This document shows, in pieces, positions 45,082-54,283 of a DNA stretch of 64,000 bases. The position numbers were made by a program, and so were the translations under genes. The notes beneath the pieces were generated by a model that did not search any database, was not told the origin of the DNA, and saw only the letters and a program-made list of their open reading frames with translations. How positions within the stretch are numbered: position 1 is the stretch's first letter; each line of letters begins with the position of its first letter. The DNA is from Clostridia bacterium (GTDB lineage: Bacteria > Bacillota > Clostridia > Christensenellales > Borkfalkiaceae), in contig JAFVQT010000036.1 in NCBI GenBank assembly GCA_017504655.1, positions 33,062 to 97,061 on the forward strand, written 5' to 3'.

Positions 45082-46215
45082 ATGAGTGAATATAACCAGA
45101 CTAAGATTTTAAAAATTGCAAAGAGATATGCAAATTCAAAGCGACCTTATTTGCTTGTCAATCCAATTCAGGCAAAGCACGTGCCTACAAGACCCGGTGA
45201 AGCAATTTGCATGATGCGGGATTTAGGTGAGCAGGTCAGTAAAAAGTATCCTGATACCGGCGTTGTAATAGCGTTTGCCGAAACCGCGACTGCAATAGGT
45301 GCGATTGTTGCCTCGTGTTTTAAGGATTGCACCTATGTGCAAACTACGAGAGAGGCTTATCCGTCAGACTGCGACTGCATGTGCTTTCAAGAGGAGCACA
45401 GTCACGCGGTAGAGCAAAAACTGTGTAAAACGCATTTGTTAAAGGCGTTTGAGTCTACCGAAACTGTAATTTTGGTAGACGATGAGATTTCTACGGGTAA
45501 AACACTTATCAATATTGTAAAGGAAATAAAGGAAGCGTATCCTTGTACTGAGGACAAGCAGTTTGTTTCCGTGTCGATAATTAACCGTTTAAGCGATGAA
45601 AACGTAGATTTGCTTTTAAGAAACGGTATAAAATGCGAGAGCTTGCTTAAAATAGTAAATCAAAATTACGACAAGGTCGTTGAGAATATTCAAATAGATG
45701 CCCCATTAGAGTTGACCGACGGGGCAGAATTTTCTGTAGAAAAAATCAGTATGCACGGTGTTGGCAACCCAAGAGTAGGTCTTGCCATAAACGGTTACGT
45801 GACAAATTGTCAACGCTTAGCCACCGACGTGTTCAAAAGACTTAGAAACAACCTTAAATCAAGTAAAAAAGTACTTGTTTTGGGTACTGAAGAGTTTATG
45901 TATCCGTCATTGGTCTTAGCTCAAGAAATTGAAAACAGGGTGAAAGGATGCTCTGCGTTTGTTCATGCGACAACAAGAAGTCCTATCGGCGTGTGTAAAA
46001 TCGAGGGCTACCCCATTCAAAACGGCTACAGGCTAAGTAGCTTTTACGATAATGAGAGGCAGACCTTTTTGTATAATTTAGATTACTACGACGAGGTAAT
46101 TATTCTTACAGACGGCGACGTAGACAGTACAGGTGGGCTTAAAGACGTTATAAGCGCACTGTCCTTGTACGGCTGTAAAAACTTCTTTGCAATAAGGAGC
46201 GTAGATTGTGTTTAG
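45082..46215 (+). CDS. Phosphoribosyltransferase (PRTase)-domain protein of the Ter-associated type.
   Basis: The PRPP-binding motif ETVILVDDEISTGKTL is present. The gene is translationally coupled (TAA..ATG) to the ATP-grasp gene. Confidence 0.75.
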   Translation: MSEYNQTKILKIAKRYANSKRPYLLVNPIQAKHVPTRPGEAICMMRDLGEQVSKKYPDTGVVIAFAETATAIGAIVASCFKDCTYVQTTREAYPSDCDCMCFQEEHSHAVEQKLCKTHLLKAFESTETVILVDDEISTGKTLINIVKEIKEAYPCTEDKQFVSVSIINRLSDENVDLLLRNGIKCESLLKIVNQNYDKVVENIQIDAPLELTDGAEFSVEKISMHGVGNPRVGLAINGYVTNCQRLATDVFKRLRNNLKSSKKVLVLGTEEFMYPSLVLAQEIENRVKGCSAFVHATTRSPIGVCKIEGYPIQNGYRLSSFYDNERQTFLYNLDYYDEVIILTDGDVDSTGGLKDVISALSLYGCKNFFAIRSVDCV

Positions 46216-47257
46216 TTCGTATTTGCCACAAGACGTAACCGTTTTATTAAAGGACATAACGGGAGCTGTTACGCCGTTATCAACTAAAGAAAGAGAGGAG
46301 AGAATACAAAAGGGGACGCCTTATTCCGAGATGCTCCCCATAGAATACGTCCCATCAAAGCAGTATTTAGACACCTTTTATACTGCGCTTGAAAGATACG
46401 CGCCTATAACGGCAAGGGCTGTTGCAAGCGTTGCGCAAAGAATATGGAAAGATAAAAAGGGTGAGGTAACCTTAGTTTCTCTTGCGAGGGCAGGAACGCC
46501 TATAGGAATACTTATAAAGCGTTATTTGTTGAATAAATACGGCGTAGAAGTACCGCATTATACCATTTCGATTATCAGAGGAGTCGGTATTGATAAAAAT
46601 GCAATGCAATATATTTTGAATCGCCACAGCGCTGAATCTGTTCAGTTTGTAGACGGCTGGACGGGAAAGGGAGCAATTCAGAATCAGCTTACCGAGGCAA
46701 TGAGGGGTTATAATGGTGTGTCGGACGGGCTTGCAGTTTTGTCCGACCCTGCCGGAATTTCCGAAAAATGCGGTACGTACGAAGATTTTCTGATTGCAAG
46801 CTCTTGCTTGAATTCTACCGTTTCGGGCCTGCTCAGCCGTACTTTTTATAGGAACGACATAATCAGTGGGCAGGATTTCCACGGCGCAGTATTTTACAGT
46901 GAGCTGAAAAACGATGATCTTACTTACTGTTTTATAGAAAAAGTGCAAAAGCATTTTACCTATAACGAGGATGTTTTTGATGAAGCCCCACCAAAAAACG
47001 TTGGAATTAAAGAGGCTGAGCGTATTCGTGATGAATTTAAGCTTTCAAGTATAAATTTGGTAAAGCCGAGTATTGGCGAGGCAACGAGAGTGCTTTTAAG
47101 ACGCTTACCCTGGAAGATTTTGGTTCATAGTCTGACTGATAACGAGCATTTAGGACATCTTTACAGGCTTGCCGAAGAAAAGGGGGTAGAGGTTGTGGAA
47201 TATCCGCTTAAAAACTATAAAGCATGCGGTTTAATAAAGGATTTGGCAGATACCTGA
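46208..47257 (+). CDS. StiP-like protein (named 'cysteine protease StiP family' in databases; accompanies PRTase in Ter-linked operons).
   Basis: It has a GTG start overlapping the PRTase stop by 8 nt. The assignment rests on size (349 aa) and conserved position between the PRTase and HAD genes. I did not verify a sequence signature. Confidence 0.4.
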   Translation: MFSSYLPQDVTVLLKDITGAVTPLSTKEREERIQKGTPYSEMLPIEYVPSKQYLDTFYTALERYAPITARAVASVAQRIWKDKKGEVTLVSLARAGTPIGILIKRYLLNKYGVEVPHYTISIIRGVGIDKNAMQYILNRHSAESVQFVDGWTGKGAIQNQLTEAMRGYNGVSDGLAVLSDPAGISEKCGTYEDFLIASSCLNSTVSGLLSRTFYRNDIISGQDFHGAVFYSELKNDDLTYCFIEKVQKHFTYNEDVFDEAPPKNVGIKEAERIRDEFKLSSINLVKPSIGEATRVLLRRLPWKILVHSLTDNEHLGHLYRLAEEKGVEVVEYPLKNYKACGLIKDLADT

Positions 47258-47258
47258 T

Positions 47259-48026
47259 ATGAAGAGAATTTTGTTTGCGTGCGACCTTGATAATACCTTG
47301 ATTTATTCGTCGGGTAAAAGGGTTGACGGTGATATTTGTATAGAAAAAATTATGGAAAAGGAGCAGGGCTATATTTCTTTAAAAACCGTAGAGTATTTAA
47401 AGGAGATTAATAAAAAAGCCTTGTTCGTGCCTGTTACAACCAGGTCGATTGAGCAATATTTACGCATAAATTGGCCGGAAGGATGCGAGCCAAAGTATGC
47501 TATAACCACTAACGGAGGAATTTTGTTAGAGGACAAAAAAGAAGCCGAGGAGTGGAAAAGCCTCTCGTCAGAGGTTGTCAAGCCATATTTAGAAGAGTAC
47601 GATAGGCTTTTAAAGGATATGCAAGAGAGCGGACTGTTTATAAGGTGTAGAATGGTAGACGGGCTGTATTTGTTTGCATACTGTGCAGATTTTACAGACG
47701 GAAAAGAGTGTGAAAAAGCATATAGGGCAAAAACTAAATTAAGAGTTGTTTTATCGGGGCGCAAGCTTTACGTTTTTCCCGAAGAATTTCAAAAGGGCAT
47801 TGCAGTAGAAAGACTTGCAAAAATGCTGAACGCGGATACGGTCTATTCTGCGGGCGACAGCATTATCGATCTTTCAATGCTTTTATCCTCCGACCAAGCG
47901 TTTATACCAAACGGGTGGCTAATGAAGGAATGTAAAGATCTAAAGGCAAACGTTTGTCCAACTGGCGTCCGTTTTTCTGAATTCACAGTTGAAAAAATCA
48001 ACGAGTTAATAGATGAAAATATTTAA
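47259..48026 (+). CDS. HAD-superfamily phosphatase.
   Basis: The N-terminal DxDxT motif is ACDLDNTLIY, and GDSIIDLSML is the motif IV region. It is translationally coupled to the upstream gene. Confidence 0.8.
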   Translation: MKRILFACDLDNTLIYSSGKRVDGDICIEKIMEKEQGYISLKTVEYLKEINKKALFVPVTTRSIEQYLRINWPEGCEPKYAITTNGGILLEDKKEAEEWKSLSSEVVKPYLEEYDRLLKDMQESGLFIRCRMVDGLYLFAYCADFTDGKECEKAYRAKTKLRVVLSGRKLYVFPEEFQKGIAVERLAKMLNADTVYSAGDSIIDLSMLLSSDQAFIPNGWLMKECKDLKANVCPTGVRFSEFTVEKINELIDENI

Positions 48027-48031
48027 TTATA

Positions 48032-48074
48032 AAGCGCGCTATAAGTCGATAATCGGCTTATAGCGCGCTTTTTT
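48032..48074 (+). terminator. Rho-independent terminator, copy 2 of the twin hairpin (compare 27331..27376).
   Basis: The 14-bp stem aagcgcgctataag / cttatagcgcgctt encloses the loop tcgataatcgg and is followed by TTTTT. Confidence 0.75.
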
Positions 48075-48086
48075 AAGCGTTTTTAG

Positions 48087-48620
48087 TCATAGTCCAAATT
48101 GTCCGCTTATCGGGTCTTTGAATATGTTTAAGCAAGGTGTGGCAAACGTAAACAGTATAAACGCAAACGCAATTATGCAAAATGCGATAATACTCGGGGT
48201 GTTAAGGTTGAATTTTTTGCTATTTACGTTTTTTAATAGCTTGCCCTCATAAAGATAGCAAAGCCCTGCAGAAATAAAAAATATTGCAACGTTAAACCAA
48301 TCGGGCGATTTGCCTATAACCCCGTTATACGTGTAGAAGATTATTGGGATTAAAAGCAAACCGACAGATGTTCCCTTTAATTTTATAAGCCAAAAATTAT
48401 CTGAATCCTTAAAGCAAAAGCTTTGAAATACGGCGTATAAAAATGCGGGAAAAAAGAACAGCTTCATATGCTCCCACGTGGATTCGTTTACTCCTGAAAA
48501 GGGCGCGGCTAAATATGAGCCTCCCGTCCACTCATATAGAAAGTGAAGCAGTGTCCCGCCGATTGCAGTTACGGTATAACCGAGTAACTGCCAGATTAGT
48601 ATTGAGCGTTTAATAATCAT
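48087..48620 (-). CDS. Small integral membrane protein (about 5 TM) of unknown function.
   Basis: It is hydrophobic throughout (LLGYTVTAIGGTLLHFLY..., LLLIPIIFYTYNGVIG..., IIAFCIIAFAFILFTF). It is the only convincing minus-strand gene before MscL. Confidence 0.6.
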   Translation of the reverse strand: MIIKRSILIWQLLGYTVTAIGGTLLHFLYEWTGGSYLAAPFSGVNESTWEHMKLFFFPAFLYAVFQSFCFKDSDNFWLIKLKGTSVGLLLIPIIFYTYNGVIGKSPDWFNVAIFFISAGLCYLYEGKLLKNVNSKKFNLNTPSIIAFCIIAFAFILFTFATPCLNIFKDPISGQFGL

Positions 48621-48796
48621 ACCTCTTCTAAGTTTATATATATTCTTAAATATTGAAAAAATTCATCTTGTATGCTTTTGTTACATCTTTATTTTAATTT
48701 GTAAGTTTGTGGACAAAGGAAATATTTTTATGATAAAATACAGATGGATATATAGTGTGTGTGTAATATATATTAATAAATTTTTCAGGTGATAAG

Positions 48797-50953
48797 ATGT
48801 TAAAAGGAAGATTTACTTTGCCGGCAGATAATTCGCTTGGCGAAAAGACTAAGGAGATTGCTAAGTTATGGGGCAGTGATGCAGTAAGAGATTGCGACGG
48901 AACAGAGCTTCCCGAAAATCCAAAGCAATACGGAAAGGTTTACAATACTTATTTTATCGTTCGCGGTGATAACGATTGGGCAAGGCTTCATCCTGAGGAG
49001 GCTCAAAGAATTTTCCTTCTTACAGAAAGGCATTTAGCAGTTTGCGATAAGGTTGAAATTGAGATAATGAAAACCTTTTTGAAGGATGAGTTTGACCCTG
49101 ACTGCAGCTATTTGGACAGATGGGAGGTTTATGACAGAACGACCGGTATTTTGCACTCTGACTGGAGCTACGATCAAAAAACGGGAATAGTAACTGTTTT
49201 AAATGCAAAGAAATTTCATGAATATACCGTGTCGTTTTTAGCAAGAATTACTTGGCATCCCGTACAAATATATAATTATTTGACAAACGAATGGACTTGT
49301 GAAAAGCAGCTTACATACGACCCGGCATTCCCTCATACCAAAGAGTATATAAAAAGGCACATGGAGGAGTGGTGTTTGCAAAATCCCGACACTGACGTCG
49401 TCAGATTTACTACCTTTTTATATCAATTTACCTTAATTTTTAACCAATTAGGTAAAGAAAAGCAGGTTGAGTGGTTTGGCTATGCACAGACCGCAAATCC
49501 TATTCATATTGATAATTTCTATAAAAAGACGGGTATTAAGCTCACCGCTGAGGATTTTGTGGACGAGGGTCATTACAACAATATATTCAAAGCTCCTACC
49601 CAAAAATTCAAGATGTATATGGAGTTTATCGAAGAATTTGTTTGCGAAACTGTAGCGGAATTAGTTGAAATTTGTCATAAGCACGGCAAAGAGGCTATGA
49701 TGTTTTTAGGTGATGACTGGATAGGCTCCGAGCCATACGGCGAGCATTTTAAAAAGATGAATTTGGATGCCGTAGTAGGCTCTGTAGGCGGTGGCGTTAC
49801 AGTAAGAATGCTCTCCGAGATTCCTCACGTAAAATATCACGAGGGCAGATATTTGCCTTATTTCTTCCCCGATACCTTTTTCGACGGAAACGAGGATAAC
49901 GCCGTAGCAGAGCTCAATAGAAACTGGCTTACCGCAAGAAGAGCAAATATGAGAAAGCCGTTAGACCGTATGGGCTTTGGCGGATACCTTTCACTTGCTG
50001 CAAAGTTCCCCAAATTTATCGAAAGGGTAGCACAGATTGCAGATGAGTTTAGGACTGTTTATGATGCGATTGATAATAAAAAGCCATATTGCAGATTAAA
50101 GGTTGCTATTTTAAATGCTTGGGGTAAAAAGAGAAGCTGGATGAGTCACATGGTTGCTCACGAGCTTTGGTATCAGTCGATATATTCTTATCAAGGCATA
50201 TTAGAGGCTATTTCAGGGCTTCCCGTCGACGTTGAGTTTTTATCGTTTGACGAGGTTTTAGGCGGTGTGCCGGAGGGTATCGACGTAATAATCAACGCGG
50301 GCGATGCTTATACCTCGTTTAGCGGAGGAAAGGCTTGGCTCGATGAGAGATTGCAAGCCTCTATCAGAGAATTTGTTTATAACGGCGGTGGATTTATCGG
50401 TGTTGGCGAGCCAACTGCTTGCTCGGCAAACGGAAGATATTTCCAGCTTGCAGACGTGTTGGGCGTGGACAAAGAAATAGGCTACACTCTTTCTAACGAT
50501 AAGTACAATATTCAAAAGATAGCTCATGATCTTACCGACGGAATGACTGCATTTGACTACGGCGAGGATAAGAAGAATATTTACGCGTTAGACGGCACGA
50601 GTGTTTTAGACATAGCTTTTTCTGACAGATTTAAGCGCAACGTAAACGTAGGCGAGGTTAAAATGGCTGTAAACAGCTTTGGCAAGGGCAAGAGCTTTTA
50701 TATAACCGGTATCCCTTATTCCTTTGAAAATTCAAGGCTTTTATATAAGGCTATGTGTTACGTTAGCGGAAAGGATTTACACGTATGCTACTCGTCAAAT
50801 GTAAATACCGAATGTAATTATTATCCCACAAGCAGTAAATATGCGGTTGTAAACAATGCGGATAGCGAGCAGGTTACTGATTTTTATGACGTAAACGGTA
50901 ACAAACAAACTATTACCTTAAAGCCTATGGAAATTAAATGGATTGAGGCTTAA
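48797..50953 (+). CDS. GH112 1,3-beta-galactosyl-N-acetylhexosamine phosphorylase (galacto-N-biose / lacto-N-biose phosphorylase).
   Basis: It aligns along its full length with Bifidobacterium LnpA from memory: MLKGRFTLPADNSLGEKTKEIAKLWGSDAVRDCDGTELPE, DVVRFTTFLYQFTLIFNQ, AMMFLGDDWIGSEPYGEHF, EGRYLPYFFPDTFFDGNEDNAVAELNRNW, MGFGGYLSLAAKFPKFIE, GVGEPTAC and GRYFQLADVLGVDKE. Its 718 aa length fits. Confidence 0.9.
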   Translation: MLKGRFTLPADNSLGEKTKEIAKLWGSDAVRDCDGTELPENPKQYGKVYNTYFIVRGDNDWARLHPEEAQRIFLLTERHLAVCDKVEIEIMKTFLKDEFDPDCSYLDRWEVYDRTTGILHSDWSYDQKTGIVTVLNAKKFHEYTVSFLARITWHPVQIYNYLTNEWTCEKQLTYDPAFPHTKEYIKRHMEEWCLQNPDTDVVRFTTFLYQFTLIFNQLGKEKQVEWFGYAQTANPIHIDNFYKKTGIKLTAEDFVDEGHYNNIFKAPTQKFKMYMEFIEEFVCETVAELVEICHKHGKEAMMFLGDDWIGSEPYGEHFKKMNLDAVVGSVGGGVTVRMLSEIPHVKYHEGRYLPYFFPDTFFDGNEDNAVAELNRNWLTARRANMRKPLDRMGFGGYLSLAAKFPKFIERVAQIADEFRTVYDAIDNKKPYCRLKVAILNAWGKKRSWMSHMVAHELWYQSIYSYQGILEAISGLPVDVEFLSFDEVLGGVPEGIDVIINAGDAYTSFSGGKAWLDERLQASIREFVYNGGGFIGVGEPTACSANGRYFQLADVLGVDKEIGYTLSNDKYNIQKIAHDLTDGMTAFDYGEDKKNIYALDGTSVLDIAFSDRFKRNVNVGEVKMAVNSFGKGKSFYITGIPYSFENSRLLYKAMCYVSGKDLHVCYSSNVNTECNYYPTSSKYAVVNNADSEQVTDFYDVNGNKQTITLKPMEIKWIEA

Positions 50954-50985
50954 ACCTTTAATAATCGACTTATAGATAGGTTTTT
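50952..50985 (+). terminator. Terminator-like hairpin after the GH112 gene carrying the ataatcgacttatag motif.
   Basis: The stem aaacct...aggttt is followed by TTTTT. The loop contains the same 15-mer as the loop and right arm of the 27331 hairpin. Confidence 0.45.
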
Positions 50986-51142
50986 CTAAAACGAAAGCTA
51001 CAAATTGGTGAGGGTGGACAGGCAATCGCTTGCCTATCCAAGGAGTAGTTTTCGTTTTTTTTTTGTAAAATTTTAAGTTTTAAATTGAAAATATAGGTTT
51101 ATATGTGGTACAATCATTATATGATATTTAAGGGGGCTTTTT

Positions 51143-52543
51143 ATGGAAAAGGTTAAAAAGCAGTACGGGCTTTGGACGGGTATCGCAATGGTTATCGGTA
51201 TCGTTATAGGCTCGGGCGTTTTCTTAAAGGCAGGCGGTGTGCTTTCGCTTGCAGGTGGAGATTTAAAGCTTGCATTACTTGCATGGCTTGTCGGTGGCGT
51301 TATAATGATTTGCTCAGGCTTTTGCTTTGCGGTTTTCGCAACGAGAGTTACTAAGTATAACGGTGTTATCGACTATGTAGAGGTTTCTACAAACAGAAGG
51401 GTTGGTTACGGCTTGGCGTGGACGATGACGACCTTTTATTATCCTACTGTAGCATCTATCGTGGCTCTTTTTGCAGGAAGTTATTTCTTTAAGCTTTTAG
51501 GCATGAATATCGAGCTTGCAGATTGGCGGAATTTTATATTCGCATTTGTAATTTTACTGCTTTTCGTAGTACTTAATTACGTGTCGCCTATTATATCCTC
51601 AAAATTTCAAATTTCGGCAACGGTAATTAAGCTTATGCCTATAGGCGTTATTGCTGTTGCAGGCTTGTTTGCATCGCTTATAGTTGACGGTAACGTCGGT
51701 ATAATAAATGCGTTTTCTATAAAAGCAAGAGGCTACGAAGCAAATTTTGGCGAGGCCGTCAAAAAAACTGCCTTTGCATACGAGGGGTGGGTGTGCGCGA
51801 CTGCTATAAATGCCGAGCTTAAGGATTCTAAAAAGAATTTGCCTAAGGCTCTCGTTATCGGCACGGTAGCAATTCTCGGTTTTTATCTTATCTATTATAT
51901 TTCGCTCTCCGCATTTTTGGGCAATGCCGGTACTATAATTCAAGACGATTACGCTCCTATCGCCGTGTTTGAGAAAATTATGGGTAAGGTTGGCGGTGTT
52001 ATCTTTACAGTATTTATTCTTGTATCATGCTTGGGTACGGTAAACGGTGTTACCGTTGCATGCTGCAGAGGTATGTATACTATGTCTTGCAGAGGTCAGG
52101 GTATCATGCCCGAAAAGTTCTCTAAGCTTGGCAAAAATCAAAGTGTAAGCCTTTTATCGTGTGTTTACGGCTTTGGTTGTATGATGATAATGCTTGGTGT
52201 ATGGTATCTCGCATTCAGCGGAAATAAGTTCTTTGGGCATCTTACAAGCATGGATGAAATTATTTGTGCTATAATCTATGCGGTTTATATCACAATGTAC
52301 GTTTATATTATGAAGAACTTTAAAGACTGCGGTGTATTCTCAAGATTTGTTATGCCGATAATGGCTATAATAGGTTCGCTCTTCTTTGTATTTTGCGGTA
52401 GCGGGTTATATCAGCTTATCTTCTTAAGCTCGTGGGATAGCTTAAAGGCATTTGGCGTGTTTATGATTATATTTGCGGTGATGACAATCCCTTGTATATT
52501 CTTCTATCACGGCGGTGGAAAGGATTTAAAAGAGAGCGATTAA
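51143..52543 (+). CDS. APC-superfamily amino-acid permease.
   Basis: It has 12 predicted TM helices. The N-terminus is WTGIAMVIGIVIGSGVFLKAGGVL, and GSGVF is the APC consensus. Confidence 0.8.
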   Translation: MEKVKKQYGLWTGIAMVIGIVIGSGVFLKAGGVLSLAGGDLKLALLAWLVGGVIMICSGFCFAVFATRVTKYNGVIDYVEVSTNRRVGYGLAWTMTTFYYPTVASIVALFAGSYFFKLLGMNIELADWRNFIFAFVILLLFVVLNYVSPIISSKFQISATVIKLMPIGVIAVAGLFASLIVDGNVGIINAFSIKARGYEANFGEAVKKTAFAYEGWVCATAINAELKDSKKNLPKALVIGTVAILGFYLIYYISLSAFLGNAGTIIQDDYAPIAVFEKIMGKVGGVIFTVFILVSCLGTVNGVTVACCRGMYTMSCRGQGIMPEKFSKLGKNQSVSLLSCVYGFGCMMIMLGVWYLAFSGNKFFGHLTSMDEIICAIIYAVYITMYVYIMKNFKDCGVFSRFVMPIMAIIGSLFFVFCGSGLYQLIFLSSWDSLKAFGVFMIIFAVMTIPCIFFYHGGGKDLKESD

Positions 52544-52580
52544 TTATTTTCAATACAATTAAGCCCCTTGCCGTAGGTTG

Positions 52581-52619
52581 TACGAGCAAGGGGCTTTTTG
52601 TGTAAAATTTCAAATAATC
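52581..52619 (+). terminator. Rho-independent terminator after the permease gene.
   Basis: The stem aagccccttgc / gcaaggggctt is followed by TTTTT. Confidence 0.7.
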
Positions 52620-52869
52620 GCCTTATACGCGCACGGGCTTTTGGCTTACTAAATGCCCTTTTGTAATATGTTAGGATAAAGTTAATAGCTAAGCGAACTT
52701 TTTAAGACGGAAAATGTCCGTTTATGATACAAAAAACATTAAAATTGTTGTTGAAAAAATTTTTTAATAGTTATATAATTATTATAGAAAACCTTTGGTT
52801 TTCCAATTAAGATTTTCCAAAGGAGAAAATATGATTGTATACAACTTTGGCGTTTTAAAGAGGTAGATT

Positions 52870-54180
52870 ATGAAAAAATTAACTTGTGTTGTTCTTGGAT
52901 ATGGAAACAGAGGAGAGCGTTATAGCGAATATGCTACGGTGCAAAGCGATGAACTAGAGGTGGTCGGCGTTATTGACCCAAATCCTGTAAGAAAAGATGC
53001 TGCAAAGAGTCAATTTTCTTTAAGCGAGGACATGCTCTTTAATAACTTAGAAGAGTTTTTTAATAAAGACGTACAATGCGATTTCGTTATAAATTCAACT
53101 ATGGATGAGTTGCATTATGAAACGACCATGGCTCTTTTAGATAAAGGTTATAATATTCTTTTAGAAAAGCCCGTTACGTCAAACGCAAAGGAGCTTTTAG
53201 ATATTAAAAATAAGGCTGAAGAAAAGGGACTTAAGGTTGTTGTTTGCCACGTTTTGAGATACACGCCTTTCTATTCTTCAATAAAAAACATTATAGACAG
53301 TGGAAAAATAGGAAAGGTGGTAAGCTTACAGCTTAACGAGCACGTTTGGTACGGCCATTTTGTAAACGCATACGTAAGGGGTAAGTGGAATAACGAGGAC
53401 GCTTGCGGAAGTGGACTTTTGCTTGCAAAATGCTGTCACGATACCGACCTTATTTGTTGGCTTAACAATATTACAGAGCCCGTTGCCGTATCTTCCTTTG
53501 GTAGTAAGGCGTTTTTCACTGAAGAAAACGCACCGAAAGGCTCTGCAAAGCGTTGCCACGAGTGTACTGTAGAAAACTGTATGTTTAACGCTAAAAAGTT
53601 TGAAATAGAAAAGGATTTTTGCCCCATGTACACTTGGGGAAAGATTCAAAAACCTTTGGAAGATATTACGTACGAGGAAAAAGTTGAGTTTTTAAAGACA
53701 AGCAGCTATGGCGAATGCGTCTTTAAAACCGATATGAATATAGTAGACCGTCAATGCGTTTCGGTTAATTTTAAAAACGGCTCTATTGCTACGCTTAATA
53801 TGATCGGTGGAACAAGCGCTGCGGGTAGACATATCCACGTAATATGCGAGTTCGGTGAAATAGTAGGTTACGTTGAGCAAAATAAAGTCATAGTAAGAAT
53901 TTTTGATAAAGAAAATATCGGTGTAAACGAGGAAACAGTTGACTTTTCAGCTAAAGTTGACCTTACAAAAGAGGATAACTCTATGGGTGGTCACTACGGT
54001 GGTGATTACTATATCATGCGCGATTTGGTCAGATTTTTGAACGGAGAGCCAACATCCTCGTCAACTACTGTAATTAGCGATTCTATAAGCGGACACATGG
54101 TAGTTTACTGCGCTGAAAAAGCCAGAAAAACCTCAACTGTCGTATTCGTTGACGAGTTTGAAAAGGAAGTTATTGCTTAA
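52870..54180 (+). CDS. Gfo/Idh/MocA-family NAD(P)-dependent oxidoreductase.
   Basis: It has the N-terminal Rossmann motif VVLGYGNRGERY and the family hallmark EKP motif (NILLEKPV). Its 436 aa length fits. Confidence 0.8.
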   Translation: MKKLTCVVLGYGNRGERYSEYATVQSDELEVVGVIDPNPVRKDAAKSQFSLSEDMLFNNLEEFFNKDVQCDFVINSTMDELHYETTMALLDKGYNILLEKPVTSNAKELLDIKNKAEEKGLKVVVCHVLRYTPFYSSIKNIIDSGKIGKVVSLQLNEHVWYGHFVNAYVRGKWNNEDACGSGLLLAKCCHDTDLICWLNNITEPVAVSSFGSKAFFTEENAPKGSAKRCHECTVENCMFNAKKFEIEKDFCPMYTWGKIQKPLEDITYEEKVEFLKTSSYGECVFKTDMNIVDRQCVSVNFKNGSIATLNMIGGTSAAGRHIHVICEFGEIVGYVEQNKVIVRIFDKENIGVNEETVDFSAKVDLTKEDNSMGGHYGGDYYIMRDLVRFLNGEPTSSSTTVISDSISGHMVVYCAEKARKTSTVVFVDEFEKEVIA

Positions 54181-54283
54181 AGAAAGTAAATATTACTTAA
54201 GTAAAACAAATTTAGCAATAGTAATATGGGAGTTTAAAATTGGTGCAAAAATCTATAGAATATCTGAAAGGGGCTATTAAATA

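Noticed and set aside
27331-48074. The locus as a classical mobile element (prophage, ICE or transposon).
   Set aside because: No integrase, recombinase, transposase, relaxase or phage structural gene is present, and no tRNA lies at either border. Only the paired hairpins hint at an insertion history, so I report it as a bounded island rather than a mobile element.
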